This document shows positions 54,901-64,000 of a DNA stretch of 64,000 nt, piece by piece. Below the pieces are notes generated by a model. That model saw nothing but the letters and a program-made list of their open reading frames with translations, was not told the DNA's origin and ran no database searches. This DNA is from Candidatus Kerfeldbacteria bacterium (GTDB lineage: Bacteria; Patescibacteriota; Patescibacteriia; UBA9570; XYC2-FULL-38-9). The stretch covers positions 3,352 through 67,351 of the forward strand of contig JBDRKW010000018.1 of the NCBI GenBank assembly GCA_043813585.1, written 5' to 3'. How positions within the stretch are numbered: the stretch's first letter is position 1; each line of letters opens with the position of its first letter. Both the position numbers and the translations under genes were made by a program.

Positions 54901-56628
54901 TTACAATTTTACTTCTCTTTTCTTTTTCTTATACGTCGTGTGGAAGATTTTGTGCACAAGCTCCTCGTCATAAAGGAACTCGTCATACGCTTGCTTTACA
55001 AGCGGGTTTAAATGGGCGACGCGGATTTTCGCATCCGTATCAATCTGGTACAGGCTTTCTGCGCGTTTCTTCCGGATCTCTGCCGTTGTCGGAACCGGCT
55101 GGCCGCCGCCTCCGATGCAGCCGCCCGGACACGCCATCACTTCCACGTAATGGTAGGCGTCCGGCTCTTTCTTCAGACGTTCCAGCATTTTAATCGCGTT
55201 GCCGTTGCGATTGATTACCGCGGTTTTCACTTTCAGCCCTTCTATATCTATAACTGCTTCTTTGCATTCTTCCATGCCGCGGACCGCCTTCACTTCCAGT
55301 TTCGGCATCTCTTTTCCGGTGATCATGTAATACGCCTCGCGCAAAGCGGATTCCATCACTCCGCCGGACGCGCCATACAGCACGCCGGATCCGGTCGGGT
55401 CGCCCAGCAGCGAATCCGCCTCTTCCGGCTCCAGCTTATCCAGTTCGATTTTATGCTTGCGGAGCAGGTGGGCGAGTTCGCGCGTTGTTAATACGTAGTC
55501 CACCGGCGGCATGCCGTCAATTTGTATTTCTGGCCGCGTAATATCGTATTTCTTTGCCGTGCACGGCATGATCGACACGACGACAATGTCTTTCGGGTCA
55601 ATGTTGTTCTTCTTGGCCCAGTAGGTCTTGGTTAGGCCGCCGCCCATGATATGGGGCGCGCGGGCCGACGTCAGGTTCGGGATGAATTCCGGATAGTTGA
55701 ATTCAATAAATTTCACCCATGCCGGGCAGCACGCCGTAAACATCGGCAGTACGCCGTTATTCTTGATTCGATGCACCAGTTCCTTTGCTTCTTCAATCGT
55801 GGTGAAGTCCGCCGCATGCGCCGTATCCATGACCACATCAACGCCTTCAATTTTCCGGATTGCGGCAACCAGCTGGCCAGTGACGATCGAACCGTGTTCC
55901 AGCCCGAACTCCTCGCCAATGCTGGTGCGGATGGACGGGGCAAAGTGCACGACAATCGTCTTGTTCTTATCCGCAAGAAAGGCCTCCACCTCTTCAAACT
56001 CCCCCGCTGCTTCAATCGCGCCCACCGGGCAGTGCACAATGCACTGGCCGCAGTAGATGCAGTCGCGCTTTGGGTCTTTGGTGGGCACCACTTCCGTAAT
56101 ATCATTGGGTTGGTCTTCCAGCTCGTAAAAACAGACGCCCTGCTTTTCGCAGACCTCGATGCAGTTCTTACAGTCGATGCATTTCCTGCTGTCGAACACG
56201 ATCGACGGGCCGAATTCGTACACCGGCATATCCTTTTTTCGGTCCACAAACTGGTTGATGTTGGCCTTGCAGGTGCGCGACATCTCGAGGAGCGAGCACT
56301 TCGCGTGGTAGATGCAGTCGTAGCACTCTTCCTCATGCTGGGAGAACAACAGTTCCAAATTCGCCTTGCGCGCGCGGGCGATATCCGGCGTTTCCGTGGT
56401 GACGACCATGCCGTCTGCGGCCTTGGTTGCGCAGGAGGCCTGCATTCCTTTCTGCCCTTCAATTTCTACCATGCAAAGCCGGCAGCTTGCGGAGATCGTC
56501 AGGTCCGGGTGGTTGCAGAGCGCGGGGATATAAATATCATTTGCCGTGGCGACTTCCAGAATCGTCTGGCCCTCTTCCGCCGCAACCTTGGTTCCGTTGA
56601 TGGTTAGGGAGATTTGCTTATTGCTCAT
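54901..56628 (-). CDS. hydA: [FeFe] hydrogenase catalytic subunit with N-terminal 2Fe-2S and 4Fe-4S ferredoxin domains
   Basis: H-cluster motifs FTACCPAWV (L1), MPCTAKK (L2), CPGGCIGGGGQP (L3). N-terminal NuoG-like 2Fe-2S. Two CxxCxxCxxxCP motifs. Confidence 0.85.
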   Translation of the reverse strand: MSNKQISLTINGTKVAAEEGQTILEVATANDIYIPALCNHPDLTISASCRLCMVEIEGQKGMQASCATKAADGMVVTTETPDIARARKANLELLFSQHEEECYDCIYHAKCSLLEMSRTCKANINQFVDRKKDMPVYEFGPSIVFDSRKCIDCKNCIEVCEKQGVCFYELEDQPNDITEVVPTKDPKRDCIYCGQCIVHCPVGAIEAAGEFEEVEAFLADKNKTIVVHFAPSIRTSIGEEFGLEHGSIVTGQLVAAIRKIEGVDVVMDTAHAADFTTIEEAKELVHRIKNNGVLPMFTACCPAWVKFIEFNYPEFIPNLTSARAPHIMGGGLTKTYWAKKNNIDPKDIVVVSIMPCTAKKYDITRPEIQIDGMPPVDYVLTTRELAHLLRKHKIELDKLEPEEADSLLGDPTGSGVLYGASGGVMESALREAYYMITGKEMPKLEVKAVRGMEECKEAVIDIEGLKVKTAVINRNGNAIKMLERLKKEPDAYHYVEVMACPGGCIGGGGQPVPTTAEIRKKRAESLYQIDTDAKIRVAHLNPLVKQAYDEFLYDEELVHKIFHTTYKKKKREVKL

Positions 56629-57613
56629 GGTAGATTTTCGTTACATAGCTCTTAAACGGCGTGACTGCGCTGCGGCCGAGCGCGCAGAAGCTGGTCTGCT
56701 CCAGCGCGAACATGATGGCGTCAAACTTTTCCTGTTCAATCTTTCTGTTGTCGATCATCACGCGCAGGCGCTGCAGCCCTTCCCGGCACGGCGTGCATTT
56801 GTCGCAGTTGCCGCGCTGGAAAAAATCTACCCAGGTCTGCATCACCTGCCACGGGTCATGCGACCCCATGTCGTAGATGATCAGCGCCGCGGCTCCGCAG
56901 ACGCCCTGCTTCAGTTCATCCGCGAGCAGTATGTCGCCGCACGCGCCGCCGCCCATCTGCACAAAGAAATCCTTTTCCGGCCAGTTGCCCGTTTGCTTCA
57001 AAATATCTTCGATCGAAATCGTATTCGGCAGTTCGAAGACCCCTTCATTCTTCACGGCGCCGCTGATGGAGTACATGCGCGTGTCTTCGTATTCGTCTTT
57101 TGACACCTTCGAAATATAGTAGAACGTCTCCAGGTTGTTGATCAGCGTCGGTTTGCCAAAGACGCCAGCCTCGCCAGGATACGGCGGCTTTAACCGCGGT
57201 TCCGGACGCTTGCCCTCAATGCCGTTGCACAGCGCCGTCTCTTCCCCGGCGATATACCCGCCGGGCTCCTCGAACACGGTAATCGGCGCGCTGCCGATAA
57301 TCTTCCCCAGCTTCTTTTTAAATTTCTTAAAATAATCCTTCCTTAAATAAATGTACGCTTCGCTGTTTGGGAACGTTTCCAGCGCGACCTTCACGCCGTT
57401 GACCAGCTCTTCCGGATAGTTCTCCAGGATATACCCGTCTTTAAACACCCCCAGTTCGCCTTCCGAGCCGTTGCAGACGATATAGGTTTTATCTGCTTTC
57501 TCAGAAAAAGAGAGGGTAATTTCCCACTTTTTCCCTGCGGGGAACCCTGCGCCCCCACGGCCCAATAGATTCACGCTATTGAGCTTATCGATGATGGTTT
57601 TTGTTGTTGTCAT
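56618..57613 (-). CDS. hydB: NuoF-like NADH-binding flavoprotein subunit of hydrogenase (HydB-like, compact)
   Basis: GRGGAGFPAGKKWE FMN/NADH motif; C-terminal CDKCTPCREG 4Fe-4S. 11-nt overlap with hydA. No NuoE-like gene adjacent. Confidence 0.75.
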   Translation of the reverse strand: MTTTKTIIDKLNSVNLLGRGGAGFPAGKKWEITLSFSEKADKTYIVCNGSEGELGVFKDGYILENYPEELVNGVKVALETFPNSEAYIYLRKDYFKKFKKKLGKIIGSAPITVFEEPGGYIAGEETALCNGIEGKRPEPRLKPPYPGEAGVFGKPTLINNLETFYYISKVSKDEYEDTRMYSISGAVKNEGVFELPNTISIEDILKQTGNWPEKDFFVQMGGGACGDILLADELKQGVCGAAALIIYDMGSHDPWQVMQTWVDFFQRGNCDKCTPCREGLQRLRVMIDNRKIEQEKFDAIMFALEQTSFCALGRSAVTPFKSYVTKIYHEQ

Positions 57614-57693
57614 ACGCTACAGATTATTACACAAAAACGGCGTTTTGCGAAGATTCGCGCAAATGCTCCGTTTATTGCGTTATTGGAGCGTTG

Positions 57694-58194
57694 TTAGTCA
57701 AAGAAAACAGGAACTTCGTATGCGTCATCGTTTTCCGGCAGGCCGGAGGGGTTGTCTTTCTGCAGAATTAGCGCGCCGTTGTCCTTCACCGTCGGCTTGG
57801 TGAAGTCGATCGTTGCCGTGAACGGCACGTAATCCTCGGTCATCCATTCGCCCTGCGTAGTCGCGATGCCCTGTGCGATGATCAGTCCGTCCCAGTCAAC
57901 CAGCACCACGGGGAACGACCCTTCAAAATACCAGGTGCCGCGCGCTTCGCCGGTAACGGTCAGCGGGCTTTCGACCCTGCCATTCGGGAGCGGCGAGGTG
58001 AGTTTGACCAGGTCGTTATACGTCGCATCTTCTTCCACCGCTTCCACATTCGTATTGCTGTTGTCCAGCGCGGTGTTCTGTTCCTGAGGCTGCTGCTGGT
58101 TTTCCTGCTCCGGAGCAGAGAGGAGATAAGACAGAACAAAGATCCCGGCCAGCACGAGGACGCGCACTGCCGCGACCAGAACTCCTTTTTTCAT
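57694..58194 (-). CDS. secreted Gmad2-like Ig-fold protein
   Basis: Signal anchor, then GSFPVVLVDWDGLIIAQGIATTQGEWMTEDYVPF (Gmad2-type). Confidence 0.45.
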   Translation of the reverse strand: MKKGVLVAAVRVLVLAGIFVLSYLLSAPEQENQQQPQEQNTALDNSNTNVEAVEEDATYNDLVKLTSPLPNGRVESPLTVTGEARGTWYFEGSFPVVLVDWDGLIIAQGIATTQGEWMTEDYVPFTATIDFTKPTVKDNGALILQKDNPSGLPENDDAYEVPVFFD

Positions 58195-58247
58195 CTGGTG
58201 TGTTTACGGGTAAAGTGAATATAGTATACACCTTTCCGTTTGTTCTG

Positions 58248-58320
58248 TCGGGGCGGTGAGAATCGAACTCACGATCTCCTGGTCCCAAACCAGGCGCCTT
58301 AGCCGCTGGGCTACGCCCCG
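58248..58320 (-). tRNA. tRNA-Pro (anticodon TGG)
   Basis: CGGGGCGTAGCCCAGCGG..., perfect anticodon stem CCTGG/CCAGG with loop TTTGGGA. Confidence 0.75.
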
Positions 58321-58403
58321 TTTTTTAGCTGTACTATCCTACACGACGCGGATAAATTAATCAAGGTTGATTTTATAGCATCAGGCGTGTACGATCTACA
58401 CAT

Positions 58404-59729
58404 ATGGAAGGGAAAAAACCACCGCCGCTGTCTCGTAGGGTCAATTGGAAACGGGCATTGGAGGAGCGGAAACAAGAAGAACAGGAAAATTCTGTACAGG
58501 GTAGCACGCCCGTACCGGGAGAGTTTGTTTCCGCAGAACCGGACAGCTACCGAAATGTTGCCAAAGCTCGTTTAGCTCGGGCACGAGAACGCATCAAGAA
58601 AGAGCGAGAGGAAGCTATGGCACAAGCACGCGCAGCAGCGCAGCCGGCAGATTCTTCCGATAGTGACGTGAAGAAGAAGCCTCCGCTGCCCATAGATGAA
58701 GTCGTAGAGGCGGAAGCATTGGAACTTGAGGTTAAGACAATCGCTGGGCAGATTCTTCCGCTGATAAAGATGATTATGCTACAGCGTTTCGACAGGGATA
58801 AGAAGAAGGAGATTGACGCGATTACCAGAGATCGCGAGATGTCGATGGAGACGGAAGATACGCGAGGATACGGGGTCTCGCGTGCAAAGGAAAACCGCGG
58901 CACGGACCGGTTGAACGAAGACGCCCTGATGATATGCGAAAACGGCATGGTAGTATGCGATGGCGTTAGCGGCCGTTTAGCGAAAAACACCTCAACACTC
59001 ATGTCCGAGACGACAGCCATTGCCGGCAAGGCAGTATTCGAACGGTTGAACGCCATGGACCCAAAACCGAACGGATCGATGATTAAGAACGCAATAAAGA
59101 TGATTCCGGAAATTGCCACCCTGGCAATAAAAACAGCGATTGCAACAGAAAAGAAAGTGAGCGGAGAGATGAAAACCCAGCATATTGTATACAGTGACTT
59201 CTGTACAACCGCAGAGATGGTGTATATTGCCCCGTGGCTGGGAAAAGTATTTGTGGGGCATATCGGGGACTCGCGCACGTATCTTATTTCACCCGGGCAA
59301 GAAGTGGAAAAGATCGTTAAAGAACATAAATCACCGGTTAAGTTTTTGAATTTCATAACATCTTTCATTTCACCCGATCAAAAGCCGGCATTTTTTGATA
59401 TTATTAAAAGGGATTTCCCCTGGGGCTGGACGGTTATGAGTATGACGGACGGGGAGTTTGATGATTACGAACGAATGCATTCGGAGGACGATTTCAACGC
59501 TGCGCTGCGACGCAACGCTTCGGAATCATTACGGTCGCAAGTGAAAGCAGTACATGAGACAGCAGGAGAGTGCCAGGAAAAGAAGAAACGTTTTGACGAT
59601 CGCACTGTAGGAGCCATTGAAAACATCGCTATTTCAAGTGTTGTTGTCAAAGATACAGAATTTGACCCGGAGATAATCGATTCAGACAACGATCTTACGA
59701 GCGATGATGAAATTTTTGGACGAAGATGA
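58404..59729 (+). CDS. PP2C-family Ser/Thr phosphatase-like protein with charged N-terminal region
   Basis: VCDGVSGR and VFVGHIGDSRTYLI match PP2C metal-binding motifs. TTGATT-17-TACGAT promoter ends 8 nt before the ATG, so probably leaderless. Confidence 0.55.
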   Translation: MEGKKPPPLSRRVNWKRALEERKQEEQENSVQGSTPVPGEFVSAEPDSYRNVAKARLARARERIKKEREEAMAQARAAAQPADSSDSDVKKKPPLPIDEVVEAEALELEVKTIAGQILPLIKMIMLQRFDRDKKKEIDAITRDREMSMETEDTRGYGVSRAKENRGTDRLNEDALMICENGMVVCDGVSGRLAKNTSTLMSETTAIAGKAVFERLNAMDPKPNGSMIKNAIKMIPEIATLAIKTAIATEKKVSGEMKTQHIVYSDFCTTAEMVYIAPWLGKVFVGHIGDSRTYLISPGQEVEKIVKEHKSPVKFLNFITSFISPDQKPAFFDIIKRDFPWGWTVMSMTDGEFDDYERMHSEDDFNAALRRNASESLRSQVKAVHETAGECQEKKKRFDDRTVGAIENIAISSVVVKDTEFDPEIIDSDNDLTSDDEIFGRR

Positions 59730-59783
59730 TCGCAAGATAGAGAAATAAAAAAACGACCCTCCAGGAGAAGGGGCGTTTTATTG

Positions 59784-59855
59784 TGCCGGGGGACAGAATT
59801 GAACTGTCGACACGAGGATTTTCAGTCCACTGCTCTACCACTGAGCTACCCCGGC
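59784..59855 (-). tRNA. tRNA-Phe (anticodon GAA)
   Basis: GCCGGGGTAGCTCAGTGGTAGAGCAG...CTGAAAATCC...; very close to the E. coli Phe tRNA layout. Confidence 0.7.
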
Positions 59856-59874
59856 ATGTGTAACACGCAAGGTG

Positions 59875-60069
59875 TTACTTGTTGCTGTTCATTATGATGC
59901 AGGCGATGAAGTACATCACGACGCCCGGAAAGACGCCGGTCAGCACAAGAAATGCCGCATACAAGACGCGCAGCAGCGTCACGTCAATATCCATATACTC
60001 GGCAAACCCGCCGAGCACGCCGCAGACCATCTTGTTGGTTGATATCTTCAGTTGTTTTTGCGGTGCCAT
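59875..60069 (-). CDS. PspC-domain small membrane protein
   Basis: MVCGVLGGFAEYMDIDVTLLRVLYAAFLV matches the PspC domain core; 64 aa. Confidence 0.6.
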   Translation of the reverse strand: MAPQKQLKISTNKMVCGVLGGFAEYMDIDVTLLRVLYAAFLVLTGVFPGVVMYFIACIIMNSNK

Positions 60070-60093
60070 TGTTGTTTGTTAATGCATTGGCTG

Positions 60094-60167
60094 TGGGCAT
60101 GCCTGGACTCGAACCAGGGACCTCTTCATTATCAGTGAAGTGCTCTAACCAGCTGAGCTACATGCCC
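60094..60167 (-). tRNA. tRNA-Ile (anticodon GAT)
   Basis: GGGCATGTAGCTCAGCTGGTTAGAGCACTTCACTGATAATGAAG... Own TTTACA-17-TACTAT promoter at 60189-60217. Confidence 0.8.
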
Positions 60168-60251
60168 TCGCTTTTTTTAGCAGGTGAAATAGTACCAAGA
60201 ACTATTGTACATGTAAAGGGGCGGCGCAGGCAACAAATGCGTCTCAGGCAA

Positions 60252-60282
60252 AACGAAAACCCCTCATTGGAGGGGCTTTTTT
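60252..60282. terminator. bidirectional hairpin terminator inside the 16S-tRNA-Ile spacer
   Basis: CCCCTC-ATTG-GAGGGG flanked by A-run and T-run; on the minus strand it follows the 16S 3' end by about 110 nt. Confidence 0.5.
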
Positions 60283-60388
60283 GACTTCTGAATATACGAC
60301 AGACCGATAATCCACTTTCGCACTACCGAAGTAGTACGAAGTCGACTATCACGATACAGACGTGAGGTCTGTACCGGATTATCTCCCT

Positions 60389-61875
<1,487 letters not shown>

Positions 61876-62496
61876 AATAAAGAATTTGACCAGTGCAAGT
61901 TTGGAAACTTGTCTGGCTTATATAGTTTTGAACCCCCCTTTTTAAGAAGGGGTTCACTTTAGTTTGGAATTTTCGGATTACCGTTCTGGTCGTATATTCA
62001 GTTGTCAAAAGATCGTTTCAGACGCTGCGCTGCACGCGCTTTCTGAATGTGCAGTTAAAAAAACGTCCGAAATCGGGAGACAGCCTGAGCTATCGCTCGA
62101 TTTCAGCCGTTTTTACCTGGGTTTTTAATTGGTGCGATGGCTTTAAAAAGCCTAACGATAGTACAGCAGAACAAGGCCAGTGTCAAGCATTTATAAGAGA
62201 CCATATTCTTGCACATGTTGTACACAAGATTTTCTAGAACAAATTTGGCTGGAATTAGCCATAATGCGTCAAAACCTCCTCATTCCGATAGAGAACCTGC
62301 TGCGCTTCTCTCTCCGAAGAAAGAAAGGTTGGCCAGCGTACACATTCAAATGGGCCCAACCGGCGCCGATATGTACTGCCCTCGCCCCGCTTTCGCAGAG
62401 CTCAGATCTTCCACGCGTGCCAACCTTTGGCACGAATAATAACAGATAACGCTTCTGCATTAAAGACCCTTGCGGCCGGCATGTGGACGACTGCAG

Positions 62497-63159
62497 CTAT
62501 TGCTGCTGCTGCGCCTCTCCGGAATGTTTTTTGCGCCATTCGGCAATTGCTCCGTGGTCGCCTGAAAGCAATATCTTTGGAACTTTTTTACCGTCGTATT
62601 CTTCCGGCCGCGTGTACTGCGGGTACTCGAGGTAGCCCGGGGTGCCGTGCGATTCTTCATCTAATGAAGCTTCAGCGCCAAGCACGCCGGGGACAAGGCG
62701 CGAGACAACATCAACGATCACCATCACGCCCGGTTCGCCGCCGGTCATCACGTAATCACCGATGGAAATCTCTTCGTCCACGTAATGGAGCACGCGTTCA
62801 TCAACACCTTCGTACCGGCCGCATACAAAAATCAGCTGGTCGTAGTTTTTTGCCAGGATCTTTGCCTTCTGCTGGGTAAAGCGCTTGCCTTTTGCCGAAA
62901 GCAAGATCACGCGCGACCGTTTTTTCTTCCTGATCGACCTGATCGTCTTCGCAATCGGTTCGACTTTCATCACCATGCCCGGTCCGCCGCCATACGGCGT
63001 ATCGTCAACGGTGTTATGCTTATCTGTTGTCTTATCGCGTGGGTTGAAAAACCGGACTTCAATCTTTTTATCTGCAATGGCACGCTTAACAATGCTCGTA
63101 TCCAGGAAGGAATCGAACAGTTCGGGAAATATTGTGATGACATCAAAGCGCATGGGCAT
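62497..63159 (-). CDS. trmD: tRNA (guanine37-N1)-methyltransferase
   Basis: SPOUT-family TrmD motifs (DVITIFPE, GGGPGMVM, YEGVDERV); 220 aa. Confidence 0.85.
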   Translation of the reverse strand: MPMRFDVITIFPELFDSFLDTSIVKRAIADKKIEVRFFNPRDKTTDKHNTVDDTPYGGGPGMVMKVEPIAKTIRSIRKKKRSRVILLSAKGKRFTQQKAKILAKNYDQLIFVCGRYEGVDERVLHYVDEEISIGDYVMTGGEPGVMVIVDVVSRLVPGVLGAEASLDEESHGTPGYLEYPQYTRPEEYDGKKVPKILLSGDHGAIAEWRKKHSGEAQQQQ

Positions 63160-63168
63160 GGATGAGCG

Positions 63169-63924
63169 TTATTCTTTTGTTGGAGCGGCCGTCGTGTCGT
63201 CACTCGCCGAATCTTCTTCGTCAATAACCGCAGTTGTCGCGCTCACGTCGAGTACCTTAACGTCACCTTCTTCACCTTCATCTGCCGGCACGATAAGGTT
63301 TCCCTCTTCGTCAATTTCGAACTCAAAGGAGTCAGCGTCCTCCGCCCACATTCCATCTTCATCTGCAGATTCATCGTATGCTTCGTAATCCAAGTCATCC
63401 CATGGCTGGAAGGAAATATTTGTTATCTTCCACGCGCGGAATAGCTGGGAGAAAAAGCCCCACGTGTCTTCCGTTTGCCGTTTCATTTTAATGATAACCG
63501 GGTCTTCATAGTCCTCGAATGCAATCGTGGCATATGCCGCGTAGTGGTGGGCCCAATATTTTGAAACCGGCACTTTCTCCAGCGCTTCATTGCCGTGCTC
63601 GTTTATGACCGGCACATCATTGCCGTTTTCATCCGTTTCCGTTAATGGCCGCGACTTCCACGATTCATCCTTTTCAAACGTGATAATGACATCATCTGCT
63701 GACGTCCAGTCCTCGACAAAGAAATCGATATTATCGCGCTTATCCGCTTTTATCGTGGTGCTGACATTAAGCATGGCGCTCTTACGGCCCTCAAACTCCA
63801 CCGCATGCAGGAAGTTATTCAGCACGCGTTTTGGGCTGGTGTACCAAAACGCAAAGCCGCCGGCCAGGCAGAAGATGGCCACAACGGCGATAATGATCAC
63901 GAAAAACTTATTTCTATTTCCCAT
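63169..63924 (-). CDS. membrane-anchored hypothetical protein with acidic C-terminal tail
   Basis: N-terminal TM FFVIIIAVVAIFCLAGGFAFW; C-terminal D/E-rich low complexity; 251 aa. Confidence 0.45.
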   Translation of the reverse strand: MGNRNKFFVIIIAVVAIFCLAGGFAFWYTSPKRVLNNFLHAVEFEGRKSAMLNVSTTIKADKRDNIDFFVEDWTSADDVIITFEKDESWKSRPLTETDENGNDVPVINEHGNEALEKVPVSKYWAHHYAAYATIAFEDYEDPVIIKMKRQTEDTWGFFSQLFRAWKITNISFQPWDDLDYEAYDESADEDGMWAEDADSFEFEIDEEGNLIVPADEGEEGDVKVLDVSATTAVIDEEDSASDDTTAAPTKE

Positions 63925-64000
63925 GGTTGTATGGTTTTATTGATTTAATCGAAACAGGCCTCTACAGGATACAAAAAAGCCCTTAAAAATCAAGGGCTTT

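Overview
The 64 kb window reads as a bacterial chromosome segment with a background GC near 50% and several GC-richer blocks. By inference from 16S signatures it resembles a Patescibacteria/CPR-like lineage. The 16S has a variant 515 site GTGCCAGCAGCAGCGG and is followed by tRNA-Ile but no 23S. Surface proteins with Ig, FN3 and BNR domains are numerous, and several mRNAs appear leaderless.

Content:
- Housekeeping genes: a clpP-nrnA-rbfA-infB block, rny-ymdB, nusA, tig, trxA-trxB, trmD, rnhB-yraN and a DEAD-box helicase.
- Fermentative energy genes: a partial 2-oxoacid:ferredoxin oxidoreductase, a 2Fe-2S ferredoxin, [FeFe] hydrogenase HydA with a NuoF-like HydB, a membrane pyrophosphatase, NADP-type glutamate dehydrogenase, ATP-dependent PEP carboxykinase, two aminotransferases and a lone OadB-like Na+-decarboxylase beta subunit.
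- RNA genes: one 16S rRNA and 16 tRNAs.
- Regulatory genes: a two-component pair and a PP2C phosphatase.

Most interesting:
- A tRNA-adjacent, GC-rich accessory stretch at about 14.5 to 20.1 kb. It holds a promoter-to-terminator unit for a 33-aa Cys-rich peptide bracketed by 18-bp palindromes, and a TrmB-like regulator with two TGTCAA-N5-TTGACA operators. It also holds a secreted protein plus a ZAS-motif mini-protein, a promoter-driven structured RNA, an overlapping operon of two unknown genes, and a PEP-utilizing swivel-domain protein.
- Three tRNA 3'-end partial duplications (Lys, Gly-GCC, Gly-UCC). Both Gly loci carry a conserved module of about 100 nt.
- Two near-identical tRNA-Pro genes flanking a single Tat-signal protein gene.
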